Below are positions 1 to 10,768 of a stretch of 64,000 bases of DNA, one piece after another. The position numbers were made by a program, and so were the translations under genes. Location: contig CAZOZI010000001.1 of the NCBI GenBank assembly GCA_964584265.1, positions 1,623 through 65,622 of the forward strand, given 5' to 3'. How positions within the stretch are numbered: the first letter of the stretch is position 1; each line of letters begins with the position of its first letter. Below the pieces are notes generated by a model, which did no database searches, had not been told where the DNA came from, and saw only the letters and a program-made list of their open reading frames with translations. Origin of the DNA: an uncultured Candidatus Saccharibacteria bacterium. Its GTDB lineage: Bacteria; Patescibacteriota; Saccharimonadia; Saccharimonadales; CAYVSP01.

Positions 1-491
1 GGTGGCCGGAATCGGCCCAAGCCGATTTGCACTTAATGGATAAAGCCCCGCTTGAGAAATTGGACATAGCTATTAGTTTGAAACCAAGACTGGTAGTCGT
101 GCATGCCGAGGCAAGCGGTAATTTTGTGGAAATGGCTCGCAAACTGCATGAGAGGGGCATAAAAGCCGGCGTAGCACTACTGCAAAAAACCAAGCCAGAT
201 GCAATAAAAGCTGGTCTGGAGCATATTGACCATGTGCTGATTTTCTCTGGTAAATTAGGCTACTTCGGCGGAACAGCAGACCTAAAATTGCTGAACAAAG
301 TAAAAAAGCTTAAAAAGTGGAAAGCTTCACTTGAAATAGGCTGGGACGGCGGCATAGATGACAGCAATATTGGGCGTCTCATTGAAGGCGGTGTTGATGT
401 GCTTAACGTTGGTGGCTTCATTCAGAAAAGCCCCAGCCCAGCTAACGCTTATGCTACACTTTATAGGATAGCTAACAAGATAAAAACATGA
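1..491 (+). CDS. rpe: Ribulose-phosphate 3-epimerase, 5'-truncated by the window edge
   Basis: Frame is open from nt 3 (WPESAQADLHLM). Motifs DLHLM, VHAE, GWDGG, VLNVGG. Sits directly upstream of transketolase. Confidence 0.9.
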   Translation, partial: WPESAQADLHLMDKAPLEKLDIAISLKPRLVVVHAEASGNFVEMARKLHERGIKAGVALLQKTKPDAIKAGLEHIDHVLIFSGKLGYFGGTADLKLLNKVKKLKKWKASLEIGWDGGIDDSNIGRLIEGGVDVLNVGGFIQKSPSPANAYATLYRIANKIKT

Positions 492-1342
492 AAAAGCTGA
501 GTATCAAACAACTGGAACTTAAGGCTAATGAAATCCGCGAGGACATCATTAGGATGTTGGAAACAGCCGGTAGTGGGCACAGTGCCGGACCTTTAGGTCT
601 AACCGATATTTTTACAGCGCTTTATTTTGACATTCTCAAGCATGACCCCAAAAAGCCTGATTGGGCGCAGCGTGACATCCTGCTGCTCAGCAACGGCCAC
701 TGTGTACCGGTGCGCTATGCCACTATGGCTCATGCGGGTTATTTTGAGCGTAAAGAACTCCTGACATTACGTAAGTTAGGTTCACGGCTGCAAGGACATC
801 CAGAACGGCTAAAACTACCTGGTCTTGAGAATACCAGTGGTCCCCTTGGCTGCGGCCTAAGCCAAGCTTGCGGTATAGCACTAGCTATGCGCATGAATAA
901 AGAAGCTCATCGTTGGGTTTACGTGGTTATGAGCGACGGTGAACAAGACGAAGGTAATGTCTGGGAAGCGGCGTTACTAGCGCACAAGTACAAGCTCAAT
1001 AATGTTATTGCCATAACTGACCGCAACAACATCCAAATTGACGGGCCTACAGAAGTTGTAATGCCGCTTGATGATCTCAAAGATAAATGGGAGAGCTTCG
1101 GCTGGCATGTGCTTGAGATTGACGGCAACGATATAGAGGCTGTGATTGATGCTTGTGCTATGGCGCGTGCGATAGTTGAAAAGCCGGTCATGATATTGGC
1201 CCATACCATCCCGGGCAAAGGGGTTGATTTTATGGAATATGATTTCCACTGGCATGGTGCTCCGCCGAATCATGAAGAAGCCAAAAAAGCACTACATGAA
1301 CTGCGTACTTTGCAGGGGCGGATTAGGAGCGAACATCAGTAA
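488..1342 (+). CDS. Transketolase, N-terminal (ThDP-binding) subunit
   Basis: SGH, LSNGH, LQGHP, SGPLG, SDGE...NN ThDP motif, TIPGKG, WHG. Confidence 0.95.
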   Translation: MKKLSIKQLELKANEIREDIIRMLETAGSGHSAGPLGLTDIFTALYFDILKHDPKKPDWAQRDILLLSNGHCVPVRYATMAHAGYFERKELLTLRKLGSRLQGHPERLKLPGLENTSGPLGCGLSQACGIALAMRMNKEAHRWVYVVMSDGEQDEGNVWEAALLAHKYKLNNVIAITDRNNIQIDGPTEVVMPLDDLKDKWESFGWHVLEIDGNDIEAVIDACAMARAIVEKPVMILAHTIPGKGVDFMEYDFHWHGAPPNHEEAKKALHELRTLQGRIRSEHQ

Positions 1343-2328
1343 TGACACATCTAATTGCTAATGTTATGGCCAAAGACATAAAGACCGAGCCGATCCGGGC
1401 CGGTTTTGGCCGCGGCCTGCTTGAAGCCGGTAAGCGTGATGAACAAGTAGTGGCTGCATGCGCTGATTTGACTGAATCAACCAAAATGAACCAGTTTGCC
1501 GAAGCATTTCCAGATCGCTTTGTTGAAGTTGGTGTGGCCGAGCAAAACCTGGTAACGGTTGGTTCGGGCATGGCGGCCATGGGCAAGATTCCTTTTGTAA
1601 GTAGTTACGCCGCTTTTAGTCCGGGCCGTAACTGGGAACAGATTAGAACCACCATATGTCTCAATGATCGACCAGTCAAAATTATCGGTTCGCACGCTGG
1701 TGTTTCAGTCGGCCCAGACGGGGCAACGCACCAAATGCTCGAAGATATCGCGCTTATGCGCGCATTACCTAACATGGTCGTGCTGGCTCCCTGTGATAGT
1801 GTGGAGACCGAAAAAGCTACCTTGGCTATGGCTAAAGACAAACGCCCGAACTATATGCGTTTAGCGCGGGAAGCAACACCCATTATTACTACGCCAGCTG
1901 CGTCATTTGAAATTGGCCGAGCTTATGTATTGGATAAGGGTAGTGATGTGAGCTTAATCACAACAGGTACTATGACCTATCACGCCCTTGTAGCAGCCGA
2001 GCGACTTTTTAAAGACGGTATTGATGCAGAGGTTGTACATGTACCGACCATTAAGCCGCTTGATAAAGAAGTAATTGTGGCTAGTGCCAGGCGTACCAAA
2101 GCCGTCATTACGGTTGAAGAAGGCCAAATTATCGGCGGCTTGGGTGGAGCGATAGCGGAACTGTTAAGCGAAGAGTATCCAGTACCTATTAAACGTCTAG
2201 GCATGCAGGACCGTTTCGGCGAATCGGGTCAGCCGGAAGAACTACTGGAGCATTTTGGATTGACCGCTAAGCATATTGCACTTAGTGCACATTGGCTGGT
2301 TGGCCAGAAAGCTAAACATGGCCGTTGA
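1342..2328 (+). CDS. Transketolase, C-terminal (pyrimidine-binding) subunit
   Basis: GVAEQN, GPDGATHQ, TIKPLD, EEG...GGLG, DRFGESG. TAATG coupling to the N-terminal subunit. Confidence 0.95.
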   Translation: MTHLIANVMAKDIKTEPIRAGFGRGLLEAGKRDEQVVAACADLTESTKMNQFAEAFPDRFVEVGVAEQNLVTVGSGMAAMGKIPFVSSYAAFSPGRNWEQIRTTICLNDRPVKIIGSHAGVSVGPDGATHQMLEDIALMRALPNMVVLAPCDSVETEKATLAMAKDKRPNYMRLAREATPIITTPAASFEIGRAYVLDKGSDVSLITTGTMTYHALVAAERLFKDGIDAEVVHVPTIKPLDKEVIVASARRTKAVITVEEGQIIGGLGGAIAELLSEEYPVPIKRLGMQDRFGESGQPEELLEHFGLTAKHIALSAHWLVGQKAKHGR

Positions 2329-3229
2329 TATAAAACAAATTAGGGCTAACTGTCAGAAAGCGCGTGCAGCTTTTGAACGCGCCAGCAAGGAGCACTTTGC
2401 ACTTGGGGCGTTCAATCTCGATAACCAAGAAACCTTGAAGGCTGTTGCTCAAGCAGCGGCAAGCAAAAAGGCGCCAGTGTTGGTTGAAGTCAGCAAAGGT
2501 GAGGTTGATGCGCTCGGGCTTGATAATGTACGTGACATGGTTGACAACTATAAAGCCGATTATGGCATAGAGATGTACATTAACCTGGATCATTCCCCAT
2601 CTGTCAGCGATGCAATAGATGCTATTGTAGCTGGGTTTGAGTGCATCCATATTGATATTTCCCAGGCAAACCATGAAGCTTCACTCGATGACATAATTGA
2701 AGCGACCAAACAGGTTGTTCAGGCGGCTAAATTGACTGGGGCGCTGGTGGAAAGTGAACCGCACTATTTTGGCGGCAGCTCTAACTTGCATAAAGAAAAA
2801 ATTGACTACAGCGAAATTAAGAAAACCTTTACTAAACCAGAAGACGCCAAGCATTTTGTTGAGATGACCGGTATTGACACTTACGCTGCTGCCATTGGCA
2901 ATCTTCATGGTCAATATCCAGTGCCTAAGATGCTTGATTTAGAACTGTTACAAAAAGTACGCGATTCACTTAAATGTTATATAAGCTTGCACGGCGGCAG
3001 TGGCACGCCCGGTCATTATTTTGTCGATGCCATTAAGATTGGCGTTAGCAAGATTAACATAAACTCTGACATGCGCGTGGCCTATCGCAAAACGCTAGAA
3101 GAAGTGCTTAAAGCAGAACCCGATGAATATGCTGTCGTGAAGCTTATGAACAAGGTAATTAATGCAGTTCAAACAGTAGTGGAAGAAAAGATTGATATGT
3201 TTAATGCCAGCGGAAAGGCTGAAATATAA
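2318..3229 (+). CDS. fba: Class II fructose-bisphosphate aldolase
   Basis: GAFN, NLDH, IGNLHG, LHGGSG, KININSD. ATG at 2318 (MAVDIKQ) preferred over the 2276 start in the track. Confidence 0.92.
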   Translation: MAVDIKQIRANCQKARAAFERASKEHFALGAFNLDNQETLKAVAQAAASKKAPVLVEVSKGEVDALGLDNVRDMVDNYKADYGIEMYINLDHSPSVSDAIDAIVAGFECIHIDISQANHEASLDDIIEATKQVVQAAKLTGALVESEPHYFGGSSNLHKEKIDYSEIKKTFTKPEDAKHFVEMTGIDTYAAAIGNLHGQYPVPKMLDLELLQKVRDSLKCYISLHGGSGTPGHYFVDAIKIGVSKININSDMRVAYRKTLEEVLKAEPDEYAVVKLMNKVINAVQTVVEEKIDMFNASGKAEI

Positions 3230-3588
3230 TGTTTTTTTTGGCACTTGTTAAGTTGGCAAACGATTCTGAGGATTTAGATTTTTTTTCAAGGGAAATAATC
3301 GTTGCATTTTATATATTCGTAATAATTGCACTTTTAATATTTTCTTTAAATTTTGTACATGTTTTTTCAAGTAGTAAAAAAATAACTGCAAAACAGAAAA
3401 AAATTAGCCTCTGGGCACCTTTAATAACAATAATTAGTTTTGTAATATGGTTACTTTTCTCAACTACCTTAGATAGGCAACATACCAACAACATTACAAC
3501 CGTGCTCGGGCTCATAACATTGTTAATGTTTATTTCTAGCCTATTGTTGGCAGTATTGATAAAATTATCTTTGAGAAATAAGAAGTAA
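3229..3588 (+). CDS. Very AT-rich hypothetical membrane protein with about 3 TM helices
   Basis: 119-aa ORF with hydrophobic stretches, TAATG overlap with fba, visibly much more AT-rich than its neighbours. Confidence 0.6.
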   Translation: MFFLALVKLANDSEDLDFFSREIIVAFYIFVIIALLIFSLNFVHVFSSSKKITAKQKKISLWAPLITIISFVIWLLFSTTLDRQHTNNITTVLGLITLLMFISSLLLAVLIKLSLRNKK

Positions 3589-3605
3589 AAAATGAAAGCG
3601 GTGGG

Positions 3606-4613
3606 ATGACCGGAAATCAAAACTTTGATGTGCTTTGCGTAGGTGATGTCGTAACAGACGCCTTTATAAAATTGTTAGATGACCAGGCTAAAGCAACCAA
3701 AGATGAAGATGGTAAATGGCTCACTATTCCTTTTGGAGTCAAAATCCCATTTGATCACGCCGAGATTATTGAGGCGGTCGGGAATGCTAGTAACGCCGCT
3801 GTGGCGATGGCTCGACTAGGTCTCAAAAGTGGTTTTGTAACTAACGTTGGTGGTGATCAATACGGACGAGACATAATTGCCAGTTTACATAAGGATAAAG
3901 TCGACACTCGTTTTATACGAATTAACCCGGACAAGATTAGCAATTATCACTATGTGCTTTGGTACAAAGAAGAGCGGACTATTCTTATAAAGCACGAAGA
4001 ATATGAATACCAGTGGCCGCATTTCCGCCCTTCTGAGATGCCAGAGTGGATATATTTCAGCTCAATTAGTGAGCATGCGCTAGATATGCATGATGATATC
4101 GCTGACTGGTTAGCAGCGAATCCAGACGTTAAAATGGCTTTCCAACCTGGCACATTCCAAATTGATATGGGTGTTAGACGCTTAGCAAAGCTGTATAAAC
4201 ATACTGAAGTCTTGATAGTTAATCGCGAAGAGGCAACAGAATTATCTGGTGGCGACCACGGCAATCTGCACAGCTTGCTAGATAAATTGCACGCCTTAGG
4301 GCCACGTATAGTAGTAATCACTGATGGGCCAGATGGCGCCTATGCCAGCGATGGCCAGCGCCGTCTTAAAATGCCGGCTTACCCAGACCCAAAGCCGCCG
4401 TTTGAGCGCACCGGGGCCGGTGATGCATTCTCAGCAACCTTTGTAGCGGCACTTATGAAGGGCAGTAATATTGATGGTGCTTTGCAATGGGGGCCAATTA
4501 ACTCCATGAGTGTCGTACAACAAGTTGGTGCTCAAAAGGGACTTCTGTCGCAGCGACAGCTCGGCGAATATTTGGAACGCTCACCTGACTGGTATAAGCC
4601 GCAGCCCTTCTAG
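3606..4613 (+). CDS. PfkB/ribokinase-family carbohydrate kinase
   Basis: GNASNAAVAMARLG, NREEA, TDGPDG, RTGAGDAF signature. Confidence 0.92.
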   Translation: MTGNQNFDVLCVGDVVTDAFIKLLDDQAKATKDEDGKWLTIPFGVKIPFDHAEIIEAVGNASNAAVAMARLGLKSGFVTNVGGDQYGRDIIASLHKDKVDTRFIRINPDKISNYHYVLWYKEERTILIKHEEYEYQWPHFRPSEMPEWIYFSSISEHALDMHDDIADWLAANPDVKMAFQPGTFQIDMGVRRLAKLYKHTEVLIVNREEATELSGGDHGNLHSLLDKLHALGPRIVVITDGPDGAYASDGQRRLKMPAYPDPKPPFERTGAGDAFSATFVAALMKGSNIDGALQWGPINSMSVVQQVGAQKGLLSQRQLGEYLERSPDWYKPQPF

Positions 4614-4727
4614 CGAGTATTCTCTGGACGATGCTACCCGTAGGTGTTATGCTTATGTTAAAGGCTGGAATAAAAAGATGTGTAAAAACCAATTCCACGT
4701 ACAATCTAATAAATACGAGGCAGCGTT

Positions 4728-5975
4728 GTGTCTAAGTTGCTAGCTGAGTTACTCGGTAGTCCTGAGCCGGCTTTTAGCTTGCAATTGCAAGAACTAGAAA
4801 AGGCCTGTGGTCATCCCGGCGCTGACGTGCGCCTAACAGCCGATGTATTGCAGAAAGCGCATCAAGCTGTGCGAAGCCTAGGTTTAGATCCTGCTGATAC
4901 CACTGCCAAGGAACTCTACCACGCGCTGATGTTACGAGTAGAACGGGATGAAAAGACGCTGCGCAAGCAGCTAGGCATAAGTGAAAAATCATCACTGCAA
5001 GATCTTGTTCCTCAGACTATTAAATTATTCGAACAGTTAAAGTTACCTCGCGGTGTCTGGGTACTGAAAAATAGCGTCGCTAAACGCCTTATTCATGCAC
5101 ACCCGCCAAAGCATCTTATGAAACAGCTCGGTTATCGTTCACTGGATTCTTTGTTAAAACGAGAAATGCCGGCCGCGATTATAGCGGCTGGGCTTGTCTG
5201 TGAAGATAGCACATGGCGAGAGCGATTCCATATGAAGTACAAACAATTGAAAGCAACTGACTACGAAATGCGCAATGTCCAACTGGTGTTGCTCAATTCC
5301 AAAAGGTGGCAACAATTTTTTGATAAACAACCAAGCCTAAAGCGACGTCTGATTCTGCCAGTCCCTGAACTAGGCACGTTAGTTATACTACCTATGGACG
5401 CGACAGTGCTACCGGGTGCCGGTTTCGCACTATTCTTGGCGCTGGCATATCACATCAACAAACTTCGCTCGCTCAGTGCCCAGGTCAAGCTACAGCAGGT
5501 TAAACCACAATTTGGTAGTAAGGCTTTGGCGATTTGGAATGGCCAGAACCTACCCTTAGCTCTCGTTGCCAACCAGCCTATTCATTTTGATGTATTGCAG
5601 CGCTATGTTGCCAGTGTTTCGCCTTCTTTGTACCCGGAACTACTTGATCCTTATATGCAACTAGAAGATTTGGAGCAAATATCTCCGGAAACGCTGCTAG
5701 TTAGTGTTGATCCAAGTTTCAGTTTTTGGCAGGGTATTAGTGCTAGTGGTAGCAATAGTAGCGACGGACCCGTGTCGCTGCATGCCCTTGATGCCGCCGC
5801 CAGCTTCTGTAATAAGTTGGCATTTGAGAAACGCTCACTTGGCTATATGCGCGAAGCGCTTGAGCAAGAATTGCTGTTTCGCTACGTACGAACACCGCGG
5901 GTACTGGAGGATGTGCTGAAAAGGATAGAAACAGACACAATACCAACAACATCTATGCTTGGAGTATTTGCATGA
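4728..5975 (+). CDS. Hypothetical protein, 415 aa
   Basis: Long ORF with GTG start, overlaps the next gene (ATGA), no motif recognised. Confidence 0.7.
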   Translation: MSKLLAELLGSPEPAFSLQLQELEKACGHPGADVRLTADVLQKAHQAVRSLGLDPADTTAKELYHALMLRVERDEKTLRKQLGISEKSSLQDLVPQTIKLFEQLKLPRGVWVLKNSVAKRLIHAHPPKHLMKQLGYRSLDSLLKREMPAAIIAAGLVCEDSTWRERFHMKYKQLKATDYEMRNVQLVLLNSKRWQQFFDKQPSLKRRLILPVPELGTLVILPMDATVLPGAGFALFLALAYHINKLRSLSAQVKLQQVKPQFGSKALAIWNGQNLPLALVANQPIHFDVLQRYVASVSPSLYPELLDPYMQLEDLEQISPETLLVSVDPSFSFWQGISASGSNSSDGPVSLHALDAAASFCNKLAFEKRSLGYMREALEQELLFRYVRTPRVLEDVLKRIETDTIPTTSMLGVFA

Positions 5976-6619
5976 TGGCGGCTGGCAAGAAACACACGAA
6001 GCGTCTGCAATACTCCATCTGCATCTCTGGCGCCGCTGCAGGCAAAACTGTCCTGAGAGATAAGCAGCTAGCCGAAGATCTTGGAACTGCAATCGCAAAA
6101 GCCGGCCATGTTTTGACGACTGGGGCGACCGTAGGGCTACCATACTATGCCGCATCAGGTGCTAAAAAAGCCGGTGGTACAAGCGTTGGCTTTTCGCCAG
6201 CGAGCTCGCTACGAGAGCATCTGAGGAAGTACCATCTGCCATATGAGTGCTTTGATTTCATTAATTTTACTGGCATGAATTACGTCGGCCGCGATCTGTA
6301 TCTTGTGCAATCAAGTGATGCTGTTATTACGGTCGGTGGGCGTTTCGGTAGCTTACACGAATTCACTTCTGCGCTAGAAGCTGGCAAGCCATGCGGTGTT
6401 TTAGTGGGTAGCGGCGGCACAGCAGACCTTATCCCGACACTGCTTAGAACACTTGAGCCACCACGAGATGAAATAGTGGTCTACGATGACGACCCAGAAC
6501 GACTAGTTAAGCGCATTATCAAGATTATTGATAAAGAGTACGAAGACCTGCGCGAACAGCTGGCTTCCCGTGATGAACATTGGTTCTTAGAAAAGCCAAA
6601 ACTACCTAGAACAGGCTAA
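5972..6619 (+). CDS. LOG/SLOG-family Rossmann-fold nucleotide-binding protein
   Basis: ICISGA...G.AIAKAG..LTTGA..G, SDAVITVGGRFGSLHEF (PGGxGTxxE-like), GSGGTAD. Confidence 0.8.
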   Translation: MMAAGKKHTKRLQYSICISGAAAGKTVLRDKQLAEDLGTAIAKAGHVLTTGATVGLPYYAASGAKKAGGTSVGFSPASSLREHLRKYHLPYECFDFINFTGMNYVGRDLYLVQSSDAVITVGGRFGSLHEFTSALEAGKPCGVLVGSGGTADLIPTLLRTLEPPRDEIVVYDDDPERLVKRIIKIIDKEYEDLREQLASRDEHWFLEKPKLPRTG

Positions 6620-6650
6620 TGTTATGTATACTTCCCACAAGGAGAATTCT

Positions 6651-7319
6651 ATGAAAACAAATCAAAAAGGTTTCACAGCCATTGAAATAGTACTCATTCT
6701 AGTTATTGTCGGAGTTCTCAGCTTTGCTGGATGGTATGTTTACAACTCCCAAAAGAAGACCAATGATACCCTTAATAAAACAGCTCAAGGCCAAGGCGAG
6801 GCTCAGAAAGCAACCACAAAGGCAACACTAACTCAACCAAAAGACGAAACAGCTAATTGGCTGCTCTTTACGTCGAAGCAAAAAACCTACAGTTTTAAAG
6901 TGCCAGACGGCTGGAAGCTGACACATCAAACCGATAGTGATCTGGCTTATGCTACTGGTCAAGATCTAGCGTATAAGGCTGGTACCAAAGCCACTGTAGT
7001 AGAAACTTCCGGCGGAAGAGATGGTATATATGGCTTTTCGATTTCTTTTGACGATAACGAAGTGACTAGCACACGTAAGTTTACTGACTTTAAAAATGAA
7101 GGAACTTTTGTGACAAATACTGGTTTAAGCGGCACTAAGTATAGCATAACGTTTACTGACGAATCTCAAGGAATTGGGCCTCCTAAAGGATCGGTTGAGT
7201 ATGCTTATTACTTTGTGAAAGATGGGAAAGCTATGTATGTTGACTATATTCAGGTACCAGGCGCACCCGATTCGCTAGCGGTAGCTGAAAAGGCCATCAA
7301 GACCGCCCAACTTCTGTAG
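6651..7319 (+). CDS. Type IV prepilin-like protein with a C-terminal PsbP-like domain
   Basis: MKTNQKG|FTAIE class III signal followed by a hydrophobic helix. SD GGAG upstream of 6651. YSFKVPDGW motif. Confidence 0.8.
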   Translation: MKTNQKGFTAIEIVLILVIVGVLSFAGWYVYNSQKKTNDTLNKTAQGQGEAQKATTKATLTQPKDETANWLLFTSKQKTYSFKVPDGWKLTHQTDSDLAYATGQDLAYKAGTKATVVETSGGRDGIYGFSISFDDNEVTSTRKFTDFKNEGTFVTNTGLSGTKYSITFTDESQGIGPPKGSVEYAYYFVKDGKAMYVDYIQVPGAPDSLAVAEKAIKTAQLL

Positions 7320-7337
7320 ACTTGCTACAATTAAAGG

Positions 7338-9302
7338 ATGGCCTTATTTAAGCTGAACGCGGAGTTTAAGCCGACTGGTGATCAACCGGCGGCGATTGCT
7401 GCTTTATCGCAGGGTTTGAAGAAAGGTACCAAAGAGCAGGTGCTGCTTGGAGTTACTGGATCAGGCAAGACTTTCACCATGGCCAATGTTATTGCTGATA
7501 TTCAAAAACCAACTCTGGTTCTATCACATAATAAAACCCTAGCAGCTCAACTATATAGCGAGTTTAAAGCTTTTTTCCCCAACAATGCGGTGCATTATTT
7601 TGTCAGCTACTTTGATTATTATCAACCAGAAGCGTACATACCACGTTCGGACACCTACATTGAAAAAGACTCGCAGATTAATGAAGAAATCGATCGCCTA
7701 CGTCACGCGGCAACTGATGCGTTACTTTCACGTCGAGATGTGATAATTGTCGCCAGTGTTAGCTGTATCTACGGAATTGGCTCAGTTGAAGATTATGGCA
7801 ACTTAGCAGAAAGCATTAAAAAGGGTGAGCGCAAAGTCCGTGACAAGTTCTTGCGTCATTTGACTGACATCCAGTACCAGCGTAACGATATTGACTTCCA
7901 TCGTAGTACCTTCCGGGTGCGCGGTGATGTAGTAGATGTTTTCCCAGCTGGCGAAGAAATGGCCTATCGAATTGAGTTTTTTGGCGATGAGGTTGAGCGC
8001 ATTACTAGGATTGACCCGCTGACCGGCGAAATTTTATCAAACCTTGATGAGCTAAGAATCTTCCCAAGTAGTCACTACGTTACGCCCGAGACCAAACTTA
8101 AAGCGGCGCTGGGCAGTATTCAGAGTGAACTTGATGAAAGACTCGCCTGGTTCAATAAGCAAGGTAAGTTGCTTGAGGCTCAGCGTCTGCAGCAAAGAAC
8201 TAAATTTGATCTGGAGATGATGGAAGAAACCGGTTTTGTAAAGGGCATTGAGAACTATAGCCGATACCTCACCAATCGAGAGCCCGGTGAACAACCAGCC
8301 ACGCTGCTGGATTATTTCCCAGATGATTACTTGTTGTTTATTGATGAATCTCACATGACGATGCCACAAGTGAGGGGTATGTACAACGGTGATCGAGCAC
8401 GCAAAGAAGTGCTTGTGGAGCATGGTTTTAGGCTTCCGAGTGCGCTTGATAACAGGCCACTAACGTTCACCGAATTTGAACGGCATATCAACAAAGTTGT
8501 CTACGTTAGTGCTACACCGGCCGACTATGAATTATCCCGAAGCTCCAAACCTATTGAACAGGTAATACGCCCGACCGGACTACTTGATCCTCAAATTGAA
8601 GTTCGTTCCATTGAAGGCCAAATTGACGATTTAATTTCGGAAATTAAAAGGACCGTCGATAAACGCCAACGCGTATTGGTCACCACGCTCACTAAACGTA
8701 TGTCCGAAGATTTGACAGAGTATCTCAAGGAACTGGACATTAAAGTAACATATCTGCATAGCGATGTTGAAACACTGGAGCGTACTGATATTTTGCGTGA
8801 TTTACGCTTAGGAGTTTATGACGTTGTGGTAGGCATCAACTTGCTTCGCGAAGGCCTAGACTTGCCAGAAGTGAGTGTAGTAGCCATTTTAGATGCTGAT
8901 AAAGAAGGTTTTTTACGAAGCGAGCAGGCACTTATACAGACTGTGGGCCGGGCAGCCCGGCATATTGAGGGACGGGTACTAATGTACGCCGATCATATAA
9001 CTGGTAGCATGAAACGAACCATTGATGAAACGAACCGCCGCCGCAAAATTCAAGAAAATTACAACCAGGAACACGGCATTACACCAACAGGTATTTCTAA
9101 GACAATTGAAAAGGGCTTAAGACCGGATCTACCCGAAGAAGCTAAGAGGGCTAGATTGGATCTTAAGAAAATACCCAAAGATGAATACGGACATCTGATC
9201 AAAGATCTAACATCTCAGATGGAACTAGCATCAGCCAATTTAGAATTCGAAAAAGCTTCCGAGCTGCGCGACATCATTGCGGATATTAAAAGTAAGCTTT
9301 AA
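7338..9302 (+). CDS. uvrB: Excinuclease ABC subunit B
   Basis: [46 protein letters not shown]-terminal UVR helix. Confidence 0.98.
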   Translation: MALFKLNAEFKPTGDQPAAIAALSQGLKKGTKEQVLLGVTGSGKTFTMANVIADIQKPTLVLSHNKTLAAQLYSEFKAFFPNNAVHYFVSYFDYYQPEAYIPRSDTYIEKDSQINEEIDRLRHAATDALLSRRDVIIVASVSCIYGIGSVEDYGNLAESIKKGERKVRDKFLRHLTDIQYQRNDIDFHRSTFRVRGDVVDVFPAGEEMAYRIEFFGDEVERITRIDPLTGEILSNLDELRIFPSSHYVTPETKLKAALGSIQSELDERLAWFNKQGKLLEAQRLQQRTKFDLEMMEETGFVKGIENYSRYLTNREPGEQPATLLDYFPDDYLLFIDESHMTMPQVRGMYNGDRARKEVLVEHGFRLPSALDNRPLTFTEFERHINKVVYVSATPADYELSRSSKPIEQVIRPTGLLDPQIEVRSIEGQIDDLISEIKRTVDKRQRVLVTTLTKRMSEDLTEYLKELDIKVTYLHSDVETLERTDILRDLRLGVYDVVVGINLLREGLDLPEVSVVAILDADKEGFLRSEQALIQTVGRAARHIEGRVLMYADHITGSMKRTIDETNRRRKIQENYNQEHGITPTGISKTIEKGLRPDLPEEAKRARLDLKKIPKDEYGHLIKDLTSQMELASANLEFEKASELRDIIADIKSKL

Positions 9303-10375
9303 GCGGCCTCTGCAAGGTGGACATTTTTAAAATCAATCGCTTTGACGTTGTCATCAACACGCACAAGTTCATCCCGCAAACCTCGTTGTCGAGTCAGCCA
9401 CTCCTGGTAAATCTCTTCACTAATGCAGTCTAGGTGACCGCCATGCTGTGATTGAGTTGGCATGCTATTGTCTACCACAACTCCTGGATAATCTTCGAAG
9501 TCGGCCGCCCACTTTTCTCCTTGACTCATAATATCGCCTGGCAGGTTTCGGAGGTGCATCATAGCATTTTTTCTATTTATCAATCTTCCCCAATGCCCTG
9601 TTTCGTCGCTGATAAGTACCGGTATAGATCGTACACCCGAATGAATACCCTGCCAGCTAAGATCAACAGTCTTTCGGTACTTAAGCAAATAAGGTAAAGC
9701 AATTCCGCCAAGGTGTCGTCTTAGTGCATCAAGCTCATTGCCGGGCTGACGGCGCATCTCTCTAATAAGTTTCAATGACAAGCCCTCATTAAAACAAGTC
9801 ACAATTAGATCACTATATAATACATTCATACCATTAGCTGGCGATAAAGCCTTGAAAGCCATGCCTTTCATACCGGCTTGTGAAATTCCGCTATAACTTG
9901 TTACGTCCGGTTCTTGTTCATGTTCTTCTTGAAGCGCCCTGACTATCTGAAGCATATTATGGCCACTACGCCCAATTCCTAGTTGTCTAAATCTTAGCTC
10001 GGTGCTTATAAAGTTTACTGGGCGGCCTTCCCCCAACACGGCAAGCATCATGCGTTTATTAATCCCGCCGATGCGAGTAAATAAAGCAGTTGTCATTGCT
10101 TCTGAAACATCTGTTGTGCGCTCAATAGGCTCACCAGTTTTTGTAAGATACTCTGTTCCATCAGTCATAACGATGCGTCTGGTCGTAATTTGTCCAACTT
10201 TATATGGGGTCGGCTCTTTAACAACATCCATTGATTTGATTCGGGCGTCGAAAGGGTCAATGACTAATGGTGAGTATGAGTGTAAAACATCGGGTTCTTC
10301 GTATGCTTGTTCACCGCACTCAACCAAGTATTCCGCTGGTAGAAGCTCAGATGTAGGGGTGTTTGTCAGAGCCAT
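9299..10375 (-). CDS. Hypothetical protein, possibly alpha/beta-hydrolase fold
   Basis: Long ORF, ATG at 10375 (MALTNT). GISQA resembles a GxSxG elbow, followed later by GD and GGH. Confidence 0.55.
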   Translation of the reverse strand: MALTNTPTSELLPAEYLVECGEQAYEEPDVLHSYSPLVIDPFDARIKSMDVVKEPTPYKVGQITTRRIVMTDGTEYLTKTGEPIERTTDVSEAMTTALFTRIGGINKRMMLAVLGEGRPVNFISTELRFRQLGIGRSGHNMLQIVRALQEEHEQEPDVTSYSGISQAGMKGMAFKALSPANGMNVLYSDLIVTCFNEGLSLKLIREMRRQPGNELDALRRHLGGIALPYLLKYRKTVDLSWQGIHSGVRSIPVLISDETGHWGRLINRKNAMMHLRNLPGDIMSQGEKWAADFEDYPGVVVDNSMPTQSQHGGHLDCISEEIYQEWLTRQRGLRDELVRVDDNVKAIDFKNVHLAEAA

Positions 10376-10474
10376 TTCATTACTTTGTCTGTTAGAAATC
10401 TCGCTTATTCTTATCGTATGCCTCAACACAAGCTTTGTAAAGCACGATTTAACAGTTTTGATATACTTATGTAA

Positions 10475-10768
10475 ATGGCGGAGTTATCGCATAAAGACAT
10501 CTTAAAATTGGCTAGACTAGCTCGGCTTCATCTGACCGATGAGGAAGTTGAAAGGTTCCAGTCAGAAATTAGCGCAATCTTGGGTTATGTTGAGCAACTT
10601 CAACAAGCTGATACAAAAGGTTTGCAACCGACTTATCAAGTTACAGGACTAAAAAATGTAATGCGACCTGATGAAATAAAAGACTATGGTCCGAAACCAA
10701 AAGATTTGCTCAAGAATGCGCCAGCTACAGAAGAAGGACATTTTAAGGTTAAAAGGATATTTGCGTGA
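10475..10768 (+). CDS. gatC: Asp/Glu-tRNA amidotransferase subunit C
   Basis: LARLARL, ILGYVEQL, NVMRPD, NAP...F.VKRI. Directly upstream of gatA. Confidence 0.95.
   Translation: MAELSHKDILKLARLARLHLTDEEVERFQSEISAILGYVEQLQQADTKGLQPTYQVTGLKNVMRPDEIKDYGPKPKDLLKNAPATEEGHFKVKRIFA

Noticed and set aside
10002-10505. 167-aa plus-strand ORF and the many 60-140 aa antisense ORFs within core genes
   Set aside because: Shadow frames of longer genes, with no motifs or start signals.
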